Sequence record: PP174317.1
From: Acinetobacter phage vB_AbaSt_W16
Direction: 5' to 3' (one strand)
DNA length: 64,000 nucleotides
Under the pieces are notes generated by a model. That model did no database searches. It was not told where the DNA came from and saw only the letters and a list, made by a program, of their open reading frames with translations. The position numbers were made by a program, and so were the translations under genes. Shown here piece after piece: positions 27,634-37,003 of this stretch; position 1 is the stretch's first letter, and every line of letters begins with the position of its first letter.

Positions 27634-30045
27634 TTAAAGTTTGCAAGCATCGCAATCCGCTTCTGATGCATCATCTACGCCTGACCCATCATCCGTATTG
27701 TGATAATACATATTCTTGTTACCAAAATAGAAACAGAACAACATATCATCCATCATTTGCGACATAGGAACTTTACCATTTTCATATGAATTTGGTACAT
27801 AATACGTGTTAATTGAAATGGCTTGGTCGGTCCACTTTTGTTCAATAGCCATTTGAGTTAAATAACCCTTATTGCCATTGCGTGCGGCAGATTCCCATGC
27901 AAAATCATAGAACATCTGATTTACTTCATAGTTAGGAACCATTTGGTTAAACGAACCATCTTTGGATTGTTTATAAGTTACAGGCTTAAGAGGTTTTTCA
28001 ATACCATTTGTTGAATTGGATACTTGAGAAGATGATTCACAAGGCATTTGGGCAGATAACGTTACATTACGCATACCAAATTCTTTAAGATCAATTCGTA
28101 ATGCTTCCCAATTCAATACGTAGTTTGGCGGAACCAATTCATCAACATTTTTACAATACCAATCGATCGGTAATTCACCACGGCCATATTTGGTTTTCCA
28201 AAGTTGTGGCGAAGGACCTTTCTCTTTGGCTAACTCAATCGATGCTTTGATGAGAGCATATTGTAGACGTTCAAACAATTCATGAGTAAGCTCATTACCA
28301 TCTTCATATGATGCTGCTTGTGATGCTAACCAGGCAGCAAAGTTAGTAACACCAATACCTAATGAACGGTATTCTTTTGCTTTTAATGCATTTTTATGAG
28401 GATAATCTTGATAATCAAGTAAGTTATCCAAGGCGCGTACCATTACCATACCGATGCGATTTACTTCATCCTGGTTCTTCCAATCAAAGTTGTCAAGTAC
28501 CCAAGCAGATAGTGTACATAATGCAATTTCACCGAGGTCTTCTTGAACATTAAACGCATACTCATTTTCAGTAGGTTCATATTCATTTGATACACGCTTA
28601 AACAAATCTTCTACGGTTGGCAATACAACTTGATTTGTTCCATAAGTTTCAATGAATTTAACAATATCACCTTTTGCAACGGCAAGGCGTTGATCTTTAT
28701 ATGTACCTAATGCAACAGTATGCAGGGCGATTTCTGCACATAAGTTAGACATTTTAACGGGTGCAATTGTACGAATCCATGGGCCAAAATTATTGATATT
28801 ATCCACATGTGATGGGTATAAACGAGCAGTATTTGCACGTTCTGTCATGAATAAGCCCATAAACAACTCGGTTGCTTTAATACGTTTTTTACGTACAAAC
28901 GGGTCCTTTTCTAAATTTTCATATAATTCACGGAACAGATTTTCATCTCGGAAGAATGCATCATAAAGTTTACCCTCTAGTACATCCGGGCTAAACAATG
29001 TAACATAATCATCCATTAAATAGCGTTCAATCATTAAATTGTTTAATTGAATACCATAATCCATATGACGAATACGGTTTTCTTCAATGCCCTTATTGTT
29101 CTTAAGAACCATAAGGTTTTCACATTCTAAATGCCAAATAGGCCAGTACGCAGTAGCAGAACCTTTACGAATACCACCTTGAGAACATGAATGGACCGCT
29201 GCATTTTTAAGTTTCCAAAATGGTGTTACACCAGTGTGTTTAACTTCACCTGGACCAATTTTAGACCCTTCGGCACGGATTGCACCACCACCGATACCAA
29301 TACCAGCACGTTTAGAAACATATTTTACAATAGCTGATGTACTTTCAGTAATTGAATCTAGGCTATCGCCGGTTTCAATTAAAACACATGAACTAAATTG
29401 ACGAGTTGGGGTACGAACACCGGCAAGAATAGGAGTAGGTAAACTAACTTGTTTTAATGATGTTGCATCATAAAAATCTTTTACGTATTGAATACGTTTA
29501 TCTAAAGGCTCATCTTGATGTAAACACATACCAATGAGTATAAACATAAATTGTGGTGTTTCATAAATTTTACCAGAAGATCGATCTTTTACAAGATACT
29601 TATCTTTAACTTGCATCGCACCTGCATATGTAAAATTAAAATCACGGTCATGATCGATAATTGAATTTAAACTATCATAGTCTGCTTTAGACCACTTTGT
29701 TAAAAGTTCTTTATCATATACACCCTGTTCTACACCAGATTTAACATGATCATATAAATGGGGTGGATCAAATTGACCAAATACTTCTTTACGAAGACCA
29801 AACATTGCTAGATTTGATGCGACATATTGATAATCTGCGGATTCGACTTGAATGGAATCGGCTGCAACTTTAACAATAGCCCGTTGAATTTCAGTTGTGG
29901 TCATTTCATCTTTAAAGAATACTTGAGCCCGTTCATAAAGCTCATACGGATTAATTGTCGTACCTTCGACAGACCATTCTAAAACTTGAATAATTTTTGC
30001 AGGGTCAAACTCTTGTGCAATACCTGAACTTTTGATTACTTTCAT
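27634..30045 (-). CDS. nrdA: Ribonucleotide reductase large (alpha) subunit.
   Basis: 803 aa with an N-terminal ATP cone. The class Ia catalytic core is present, including PCESSSQVSNSTNG and the C-terminal Cys pair. Confidence 0.92.
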   Translation of the reverse strand: MKVIKSSGIAQEFDPAKIIQVLEWSVEGTTINPYELYERAQVFFKDEMTTTEIQRAIVKVAADSIQVESADYQYVASNLAMFGLRKEVFGQFDPPHLYDHVKSGVEQGVYDKELLTKWSKADYDSLNSIIDHDRDFNFTYAGAMQVKDKYLVKDRSSGKIYETPQFMFILIGMCLHQDEPLDKRIQYVKDFYDATSLKQVSLPTPILAGVRTPTRQFSSCVLIETGDSLDSITESTSAIVKYVSKRAGIGIGGGAIRAEGSKIGPGEVKHTGVTPFWKLKNAAVHSCSQGGIRKGSATAYWPIWHLECENLMVLKNNKGIEENRIRHMDYGIQLNNLMIERYLMDDYVTLFSPDVLEGKLYDAFFRDENLFRELYENLEKDPFVRKKRIKATELFMGLFMTERANTARLYPSHVDNINNFGPWIRTIAPVKMSNLCAEIALHTVALGTYKDQRLAVAKGDIVKFIETYGTNQVVLPTVEDLFKRVSNEYEPTENEYAFNVQEDLGEIALCTLSAWVLDNFDWKNQDEVNRIGMVMVRALDNLLDYQDYPHKNALKAKEYRSLGIGVTNFAAWLASQAASYEDGNELTHELFERLQYALIKASIELAKEKGPSPQLWKTKYGRGELPIDWYCKNVDELVPPNYVLNWEALRIDLKEFGMRNVTLSAQMPCESSSQVSNSTNGIEKPLKPVTYKQSKDGSFNQMVPNYEVNQMFYDFAWESAARNGNKGYLTQMAIEQKWTDQAISINTYYVPNSYENGKVPMSQMMDDMLFCFYFGNKNMYYHNTDDGSGVDDASEADCDACKL

Positions 30046-30371
30046 AAATCCTCTATACTAAATTCGTCTTTAAAAATTCTGTTAACTACCTTAGCAATTA
30101 TATCACCATGACATGCGCGAGGCGCACAAGTGCAACCTAAACGTTGCCCACGGAGCACTTCTAAATGATCAATAGTAATAACACCAGATTTGACCTGGTT
30201 AATAAAATAGTCTTTAAATAGGGGAATTGCTTTATCACCATATTCTTCTACAGTGAAGGGATTTCCCCAAATTGTCCCGCGCTGAATATTCACATCGAAG
30301 TCGGATTTGTATTTATTAACAACTCGGCAGACCTCATTGGCCCGCCATAGTCTCACAGATCGATCTATCAT
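30042..30371 (-). CDS. Hypothetical protein with a GCTCAPRACHGD motif.
   Basis: 109-aa ORF between nrdA and td with a conserved-looking Cys/His motif. Confidence 0.5.
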   Translation of the reverse strand: MIDRSVRLWRANEVCRVVNKYKSDFDVNIQRGTIWGNPFTVEEYGDKAIPLFKDYFINQVKSGVITIDHLEVLRGQRLGCTCAPRACHGDIIAKVVNRIFKDEFSIEDL

Positions 30372-30577
30372 TTTTTAGATTCAAGTTTTGTCTTTGCATC
30401 AGAATATTCTAATGCAAAGTAAATTACTAAAGCCCAAGCAAAAACAGCAGAAGCAAAAAATGGATCATTTGACACTAGATATGCCAAAGCACCAAAACCT
30501 CCTGCAGCCGGAATACCAAAACACCAGAATTCAGTCATTAATACTAAAATTGGAATTATTGCTTTAAACTTATTCAT
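30368..30577 (-). CDS. Hypothetical small membrane protein with two transmembrane helices.
   Basis: 69 aa with two hydrophobic helices. It overlaps its neighbours by ATGA. Confidence 0.4.
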   Translation of the reverse strand: MNKFKAIIPILVLMTEFWCFGIPAAGGFGALAYLVSNDPFFASAVFAWALVIYFALEYSDAKTKLESKK

Positions 30578-31509
30578 TACGCTGACATCGGCATCGGAAT
30601 TGCAGGATGATGCAAGTAATTAATCAATTTAAAATCTGCTGGAGTCGCCTTTTCAAAATCTTCCAAAGTACGTAATTCTGGATTAATCCAAAGTTTTGGT
30701 AAATCATATGGTACACGAGTTAATTGCTCTTTAATGCCATCGATTTGGTTTAAGTAAATGTGTGTATTACCAAATTGACCAACTAATTCACCAGGTTGCT
30801 TATTTAAAATACGACAGAAAATATGTGTTAAAACAGCATAAGACGCAATATCAAACGGCATTCCAAGCGGAACATCTACACTTCGCATTTTAAACAATAA
30901 ACTAAGTTTATCGCCTTGAATATTAATCTGGAATCCAGTATGACAAGGTGGTAAGATAGGTTTATCAACACTTAACTCTGTGCCTTGTGGACCAGTTGGA
31001 TTTTCCCAAGTTAATTGTGGATTGTATGCTTCTACCAATAACCGACGTGAAGTTGGATTTGCTTGAGCTTCTTTAATTACAGCTTTTACCTGGTCCAAAC
31101 GAGGTAAAAATACAAGATCACCATCGGCATCACGAACTGCATTTAAACCAAATCCACGCCATTGTGTACCATAAATTAAACCACAATACCCATCAGTGTA
31201 TCCAAGTTCTGTACCTTGTTTTTCATAGTTTGCGTCCCAAATCGTTTTCTTTTCAGGATTATAACGATGCTCTTCACCATGTGTAATTGCACGCAATTCA
31301 TTTAAATCTGTTGAACCTCGAAGGAACCACAATAATTCTGCAACTACAGATTTAAATGCTAATTTTTTAGTTGTTACTGCCGGAAACCCTTTTGATAAAT
31401 CAAATTTTAGTTGTTCACCAAATGTAGCTAAAGTGCCGACACCTGTACGATCATCACCTTTATAACCATTTTCAAGTACATGTTTTAATAAATCATTATA
31501 GTTACGCAT
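30577..31509 (-). CDS. td: Thymidylate synthase.
   Basis: Active-site motif PPCH in ILPPCHTGFQ. 310 aa, with no intron. Confidence 0.92.
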   Translation of the reverse strand: MRNYNDLLKHVLENGYKGDDRTGVGTLATFGEQLKFDLSKGFPAVTTKKLAFKSVVAELLWFLRGSTDLNELRAITHGEEHRYNPEKKTIWDANYEKQGTELGYTDGYCGLIYGTQWRGFGLNAVRDADGDLVFLPRLDQVKAVIKEAQANPTSRRLLVEAYNPQLTWENPTGPQGTELSVDKPILPPCHTGFQINIQGDKLSLLFKMRSVDVPLGMPFDIASYAVLTHIFCRILNKQPGELVGQFGNTHIYLNQIDGIKEQLTRVPYDLPKLWINPELRTLEDFEKATPADFKLINYLHHPAIPMPMSA

Positions 31510-31550
31510 ATTAAACTCTCAGTTAAGGATAATTAAATTATACCGTGAAA

Positions 31551-32072
31551 TTACAGTGAGCGAATAGTTTCTACAAGTTGAATACCCGGCGAAATATTCC
31601 AAAAATTAATATCTTGAATCATGCCAAATGTTTGACATGCAATTAAAAAATCTTTACTTAAATGTTGGGTAATCTCTTTTGTAGGCTTTAATACTAATTG
31701 AGATTCATAAACAATATTCGCATAAGGTAATGCAATCTTAAGTAATTCTGCGCCACCGATTATTGAATAAGTTTCAAGTTCATCTTTTGACCATTCTTCT
31801 AAACGATCATAGATATGATCAATATTCGCATATCTATATGCTTTGCTGCCATCTTTAGTTTTAGGGGCAGTTCTACTAAAATTACATGCAACAATATGAT
31901 CACGATCAGGTAATAAACCAGGCAAAGACATAAATGTTTTTGCGCCCATTACTAATTTTGTATTAGTAGTCCACTTTTTAAAATTTTTAAAGTCTTGACT
32001 AATGTGTGGCCAGGGCATACCATCATGAGAACCAAATGCAGTGCCGCAATGCGCAAATACAAGTTGAATCAT
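31551..32072 (-). CDS. frd: Dihydrofolate reductase.
   Basis: 173 aa with a DHFR-like N-terminus (MIQLVFAHCGTAFGSHDGMPW). It sits next to td as in T4. Confidence 0.85.
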   Translation of the reverse strand: MIQLVFAHCGTAFGSHDGMPWPHISQDFKNFKKWTTNTKLVMGAKTFMSLPGLLPDRDHIVACNFSRTAPKTKDGSKAYRYANIDHIYDRLEEWSKDELETYSIIGGAELLKIALPYANIVYESQLVLKPTKEITQHLSKDFLIACQTFGMIQDINFWNISPGIQLVETIRSL

Positions 32073-32455
32073 TTTAAATATCCTTTTTGTTCAAAATATG
32101 TTTCCGGTTCATTTTTACAAGAAATTTTATAATGCCAAATATTATGCACACGCACACGTGTAATTTTATATCGATCATGCATTTCATGGCCTTTCAAATC
32201 AAAACAATATTTTAAAGCCATACAAATAAGAACACGCTTAGGCATAATTTTCAAAATAATTTTACTAAGAAAATCTAATTTGTAACCCATCGCATTAAAA
32301 ATTTCAATAATCCAATCTCGGCTTAAACGCGCAAATGTTTCACGTTCTGCTGAATTTTTTAACTGTTGTGCGCGGTTTAAAAACTCTTGACGTTGTTGCT
32401 CTTTAGTATCACTAACTAACTTTGCAATTGCATCTAAATGCTTTTCTGTTTTCAT
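32069..32455 (-). CDS. Hypothetical protein (frd.x region).
   Basis: 128-aa ORF. Confidence 0.45.
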   Translation of the reverse strand: MKTEKHLDAIAKLVSDTKEQQRQEFLNRAQQLKNSAERETFARLSRDWIIEIFNAMGYKLDFLSKIILKIMPKRVLICMALKYCFDLKGHEMHDRYKITRVRVHNIWHYKISCKNEPETYFEQKGYLK

Positions 32456-32781
32456 TTCAATTTCTCCATAAATTTTAGAGTTGCATCTTTATCAAATTTT
32501 GTAAAAGACTTAACTTTTACAAAGGGCTGTTTTTCTCGACGTAACATAACTTCATGATTTGATACCCGATGTAACACCCAATCATCTTCAATTTCATAAA
32601 TTACAAGATAGTCATATCGATTAGGTTTAAATTTGGAATTATTAAAATTTCCATCTTTAACCCGTTTTAAAAATTCTATTGTATCAGTAAACCATTTAAA
32701 GCGGCTTTGCCATGCAAAAGGTTGAAATTCTGATACCTTATTGAATTCATCTTCACACATTAAACGATATAAAGTAATCAC
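32452..32781 (-). CDS. Hypothetical protein (frd.x region).
   Basis: 109-aa ORF. Confidence 0.45.
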   Translation of the reverse strand: MITLYRLMCEDEFNKVSEFQPFAWQSRFKWFTDTIEFLKRVKDGNFNNSKFKPNRYDYLVIYEIEDDWVLHRVSNHEVMLRREKQPFVKVKSFTKFDKDATLKFMEKLK

Positions 32782-32815
32782 TTAGATGTACCCAAATTTG
32801 TAACCAAATAATTTT

Positions 32816-33274
32816 CTAAATGACCAAATTTTGACGTAATGTTTGTGCTACATTAAGTGCCTGTTGGATTTCATCACGACTTTTGCTCTCTAATGAAGAT
32901 GTCACCAATTTAGTTAACTTTTCATTATTTTTTGCAATTGCAGTAGTTAGACGGAGTTCCATTGGCGGCAGCTTATCACTAATTAAACGTAAATTTTCAT
33001 TTAGAATATCATAGCTATTAAAGAAACACCACATACCAAAAATATCAATATCTATCGTATATACGGCTTTTGTTTCAATGTCTTTAATCATTGTTACACC
33101 AACAGTAATACCATTACGATCATTAACTTCTATAACTTCAAATTTAGCCCCAGGAACAAAGGCTGGAACATAATGACTTATAGCCGCATTAGATGCTGTA
33201 GTATGATTCCAACGTTCTAATACTTCATAAATTTCGCCTACACGAATTTGTGGATAATTACTCATATCATGCAC
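32816..33274 (-). CDS. Hypothetical protein (frd.x region).
   Basis: 152-aa ORF. Confidence 0.45.
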   Translation of the reverse strand: MHDMSNYPQIRVGEIYEVLERWNHTTASNAAISHYVPAFVPGAKFEVIEVNDRNGITVGVTMIKDIETKAVYTIDIDIFGMWCFFNSYDILNENLRLISDKLPPMELRLTTAIAKNNEKLTKLVTSSLESKSRDEIQQALNVAQTLRQNLVI

Positions 33275-33327
33275 TCTTTAAAAGTATTTTGAAAATTATA
33301 TCACAACTGAAATAAAAATGAAATAAA

Positions 33328-33350
33328 AAAAGAGGACCGAAGTCCTCTTT
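33328..33350. terminator. Hairpin aaagaggaccgaagtcctcttt downstream of gene 32.
   Basis: Inverted repeat, seen directly. Confidence 0.6.
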
Positions 33351-33354
33351 AAAA

Positions 33355-34275
33355 TTATAAACCTTTTAACAAGTCATCTAAACCAGGATCAGCAGCCGGA
33401 GCAGCTTTAACAGGTTCAGGTGTTGCAACAGGTTCTACATCAGTTTGAGCGGTAGCAGTGAAACCAGCCATTTGCTCTTCAAAATTATCAAGTTCATTTG
33501 CAATATTATCAGCATGAGTTGCGGCTTGTGCTGCTGCACCACCCATAACAGCAGTACCCATAATACGTTTAAATGTTTCTTCATTTTTTTCAAAACTATT
33601 GAATTGATCTTTTGCAGTTAACACATCAATATCAACCATATTATCGATTAATTGTTTTTGATATGCTTCATCTTCAATATTTTGAATCTTAGATTGACCT
33701 AAGAATTTACATTCGTCATAGTTGCTAAAACCACCAACTTGCTTAACTTTAAGAATAAAGTTTGCGCCTTCGAATGGACATGTTACATCAACAGGAATTT
33801 CACCCATATCAGCATTTACTTCAATCATCGCATTGATCTTATCCATAACTTTTTGACCAAAACGATATTTAAACACTTGACCTTCATTTTTAGGATTAGC
33901 TGGGTCTTTAATAACCAAGATGTTACACCAGAAAGAAGTTTTGCGTTTAATTTTACCATACAATTGATTGTCTGTATTATATAAATCATTATCAGAAATA
34001 TATTTACATACAGGGCATGATTCAAAATCGCCATGAGTAGATGTACAGTTTTCGATATACCATTTACCGTTATTTTTGAAACCGTGGTTTACAAGTTTAA
34101 CAAATGGGATTGATTCGGGTGTACGACCAGGCAAGAAACGAATTACAGCAGTACCATTTTTTGCATTGTCTAGCTCAAGTTTCCATTCTTTACCATCGGC
34201 TTCATTAAATGAACCTGCACCTTTCATTGCTTGAAGTTGAGCGGCTAATTGAGCTGGGTCTTTACGTTGAAACAT
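33355..34275 (-). CDS. 32: Single-stranded DNA-binding protein gp32.
   Basis: Collinear with T4 gp32 (301 aa). Matching segments include [22 protein letters not shown], the zinc site CxxxC...CPVC, and LYNTDN. The C-terminus is acidic. Confidence 0.95.
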   Translation of the reverse strand: MFQRKDPAQLAAQLQAMKGAGSFNEADGKEWKLELDNAKNGTAVIRFLPGRTPESIPFVKLVNHGFKNNGKWYIENCTSTHGDFESCPVCKYISDNDLYNTDNQLYGKIKRKTSFWCNILVIKDPANPKNEGQVFKYRFGQKVMDKINAMIEVNADMGEIPVDVTCPFEGANFILKVKQVGGFSNYDECKFLGQSKIQNIEDEAYQKQLIDNMVDIDVLTAKDQFNSFEKNEETFKRIMGTAVMGGAAAQAATHADNIANELDNFEEQMAGFTATAQTDVEPVATPEPVKAAPAADPGLDDLLKGL

Positions 34276-34397
34276 AATTTATTTTCCTAACAGTTGGTGA
34301 TACACCTTGGATATTAAACTCACAAAAGCTTGTGTACCTAAGCTTCAGGAGAGATTTTATTTTATCATTAAGATTTTGAAAAGCATCTTAACAATAT

Positions 34398-34405
34398 TAT
34401 TTATA
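34398..34405 (-). promoter_or_regulatory. Late promoter TATAAATA on the minus strand upstream of gene 32, heading a long structured leader.
   Basis: Exact motif on the minus strand, followed by a 120-nt leader containing palindromes. Confidence 0.5.
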
Positions 34406-35056
34406 TCAGTATTTTGCAGCCTTTATTGATGTTTTAAATGCCTCACGGCACTCATCAGCATCAACTATAAACAATAGTCTATAGGCTTTTAATCGTACCG
34501 AATAATTCGACCATATGATGTTGTCATATTGATCATGCTTTTCAATAATATTCAAAAAGCTATCAAGCATAATAAATGTTTCAAATGAAATTATTCCACT
34601 CTGTAAAAGCTTGAATATATAAGACATTTGAGTTGATTCATTATAACAAAAGATATCGTTAAGCGAGTTTACATTAACTTTCTTTGCAAAATAATAAATG
34701 TTTCGAACATCTGCGTCATATCGAGACTTAACTTGACGAAGTCTAGCTAAATAAGTCTGATAAAAGTTGACGGCATCTGCATCAGAAATATCGCCAATCC
34801 AAGCATCTTGGTTGGCAACCAAATTACTAATGAAGATTAAAGACAATTCTTTAAGAGTAAATTTTTTAGACAATTTTTCAAAGAAAAATTTATCTTTGCG
34901 TTTGGCGTATGCAGAGTCAGAAACTTTCATACGCCAATCGGATTTAATGACATCTCGACGACCATTAAAATGATTTTTCAATTGAAGATACAAGTTATAT
35001 ACACTTTTGCCGTCAATTTGAATGTTATTGTTTGGAGGCAATAACAATTTAACCAT
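34406..35056 (-). CDS. 59: Helicase loader gp59.
   Basis: Collinear with T4 gp59 (217 aa): DGKSVYNLYL, FISNLVANQDAWIGDISDADA and FKLLQSGIISFETFIMLDSFLNII. Confidence 0.95.
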   Translation of the reverse strand: MVKLLLPPNNNIQIDGKSVYNLYLQLKNHFNGRRDVIKSDWRMKVSDSAYAKRKDKFFFEKLSKKFTLKELSLIFISNLVANQDAWIGDISDADAVNFYQTYLARLRQVKSRYDADVRNIYYFAKKVNVNSLNDIFCYNESTQMSYIFKLLQSGIISFETFIMLDSFLNIIEKHDQYDNIIWSNYSVRLKAYRLLFIVDADECREAFKTSIKAAKY

Positions 35057-35351
35057 ATAAAAAGTCCAATGTACTATGGGTATTTTGTTTAGTTAAAGAA
35101 GGTTTTAAAATATTATCTTCAATAACTTCAAGCTTTAATTGCTCAATAATAGCCTCTGGTATATACCTGGCAAATTGCGATTCAGGAATTGATCGTTCTT
35201 CCATCCACCAAGTCACAGCTTCAAGCACAGACAATCCAGTTGCGACAAGATCATCGATCTCTGCCGCAGTGGTCTGTTTATCATATGCTTCTGCAACTAA
35301 CTTAGTTGGATTCCCCGTAACCGGGGTTTCTTCAGTTAGTAAACAATGCAT
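35049..35351 (-). CDS. 33: Late transcription co-activator gp33. The start is set to the internal Met; the track ORF extends to 35396.
   Basis: The C-terminal half matches T4 gp33 (IPESQFARYIPEAIIEQL...LDFL). Starting at Met16 removes a 65-nt overlap with dsbA. Confidence 0.75.
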   Translation of the reverse strand: MHCLLTEETPVTGNPTKLVAEAYDKQTTAAEIDDLVATGLSVLEAVTWWMEERSIPESQFARYIPEAIIEQLKLEVIEDNILKPSLTKQNTHSTLDFLYG

Positions 35352-35598
35352 CGTAGGCTTCCAAAGTTTCTTCAGATTCATTTTCAAAAGCTTCACGACT
35401 ATCTTTATGATACATGCTCAAAAGCTTATTAAATTGTTTCGGTTCAAACCCAAACTCATCTTGTGCGCGCTTACGAATTTCTTTAATCGCATCATTTGCA
35501 CCTTCAATAATAGCTTTATGATTAGAACATTCTTTAATCATTGATTTGATCATGTCGCCATGTGCAGCTTGATTGTATTCAACTTTAGTTTTAGCCAT
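35332..35598 (-). CDS. dsbA: Double-stranded DNA-binding protein DsbA.
   Basis: 88 aa collinear with T4 DsbA (89 aa): MAK...HG, IRKRAQDEFGF and LLSMYHKD. Confidence 0.88.
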   Translation of the reverse strand: MAKTKVEYNQAAHGDMIKSMIKECSNHKAIIEGANDAIKEIRKRAQDEFGFEPKQFNKLLSMYHKDSREAFENESEETLEAYDALFTN

Positions 35599-35657
35599 TT
35601 CATTTACCTCATTGATTTGGTATGTGTTTATTTTAACATTTATTCCCGGAAAGCGTC

Positions 35658-36728
35658 TTAAAACGCATTGATATCCGGGAGTAATTTAGTTAAACCTGAT
35701 TTTACAAAATAAGAATAAATCTTACCTCGTGGCGCAGGTGTTGATGTTTTATATGCTTCCAAGATTGCATCTTGGATATCCTGACGGATATAATTAAAAT
35801 CAATTAAAACACGGTTTTGTGTAAAGCGATGAAATTGTATTTTTGCAATGCGTTCTGCCATTATTTCAATATCACCATTAAATGATTCAATAGCTTCTTC
35901 TGACATACCTTGCAGCATTAAAAGATTTTTTGCACGCTCAAGACCTTTCTTTTTATCTCTAACTTTATTTTGCACATCTTCTAAGTAAATTTGATAAATT
36001 TCATCATCAGTTTTGCCAACACATGCTTTAATAAATGCTTCATAAGTCGGAGGCGTACGCTCAATAGATGTATCAGCAGTTAAGAAATAATCGCCTCGTA
36101 CTTTTGTTGATGCAACACAGTCCTTTTTATCACCTTTAATAATTTTTGTTAAACAATCTTCCTCAGGTGAACCTGTTTTATGTTTAACGAATTTCTTTTG
36201 AATTGGTGAATATTGATCAACATTTTCAATAGTATGCAACTGCGTAAAGTCACCATCTGATGAAATAATACGAACTTTATAACCAAGTGAACTAAGATAT
36301 TTTGATAATACCGCAATACAGTCATCGGCCTCTGCAAATTTAACATCAATTACATGATAAGGCATATTATCTTTTAACTCTTGAATAACAATATTAAGAG
36401 CTTCAAAATATCCTTCCCAGTCAAATGATTCTTTTTCTTTATCAGCATCGCGTTTAATAGCACGATTTCGCTTATAATAATCTTGGAATTGTCTGCGCCA
36501 ATATCCAAATTTCGCATTATCTACTGTAATAATAATTTCGGTAAAACCTTCAGCTTTAAATTTTAAAGCATTTACTTTTAAAGTAGATAAAACTAGTTGT
36601 CGTACTTTAGGAACAGTAAATTTTTCACCTGGATCATATGCTACTGCAACAGTTGCTAATGCAATTTGAGACAAGTCAATAAGAGCAGCACCTTTTTCAG
36701 GTTCACCCATCATAAAATCTAAACTCAT
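35658..36728 (-). CDS. rnh: RNase H, a FEN-family 5'-3' exonuclease.
   Basis: Collinear with T4 RNase H. Matching segments include IDLSQIALAT, DNAKFGYWRR, ISSDGDFTQLH and PRGKIYSYFVKSGL. Confidence 0.92.
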   Translation of the reverse strand: MSLDFMMGEPEKGAALIDLSQIALATVAVAYDPGEKFTVPKVRQLVLSTLKVNALKFKAEGFTEIIITVDNAKFGYWRRQFQDYYKRNRAIKRDADKEKESFDWEGYFEALNIVIQELKDNMPYHVIDVKFAEADDCIAVLSKYLSSLGYKVRIISSDGDFTQLHTIENVDQYSPIQKKFVKHKTGSPEEDCLTKIIKGDKKDCVASTKVRGDYFLTADTSIERTPPTYEAFIKACVGKTDDEIYQIYLEDVQNKVRDKKKGLERAKNLLMLQGMSEEAIESFNGDIEIMAERIAKIQFHRFTQNRVLIDFNYIRQDIQDAILEAYKTSTPAPRGKIYSYFVKSGLTKLLPDINAF

Positions 36729-36767
36729 AATATAATCTCTCTAAAAGAAGTTGTACCCATCATATAA

Positions 36768-36775
36768 TATAAATA
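36768..36775 (+). promoter_or_regulatory. Candidate late promoter TATAAATA, distal, about 230 nt upstream of gene 34.
   Basis: Exact motif in the rnh/34 divergent intergenic region. Confidence 0.4.
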
Positions 36776-36957
36776 TTAAAAGCATCTAAATTGCACATTT
36801 ATGTGCTGGGCGAAGCCCTATATCTATTCCGGCTTAAATAGTAAAAGCATAGGGGGTAGGGGGTAAACCCATTATAACATTTAGATTTTGTAAAGCAAGT
36901 TTACTCAAATTTTAAGTGGTCAAAATACATACAGTATAGGTCCACGGAGACGCTTTT

Positions 36958-36965
36958 TATAAATA
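36958..36965 (+). promoter_or_regulatory. Late promoter TATAAATA for the gene 34-35 operon.
   Basis: Exact motif 38 nt upstream of the gene 34 ATG. Confidence 0.6.
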
Positions 36966-37003
36966 CAAGATATAATATCTTTAATATTAAAGGATAAATT
37001 CAA

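Noticed and set aside
33739-34034. ORFs on both strands within gene 32.
   Set aside because: They are embedded in or antisense to gp32. The minus-strand one is an alternative frame.
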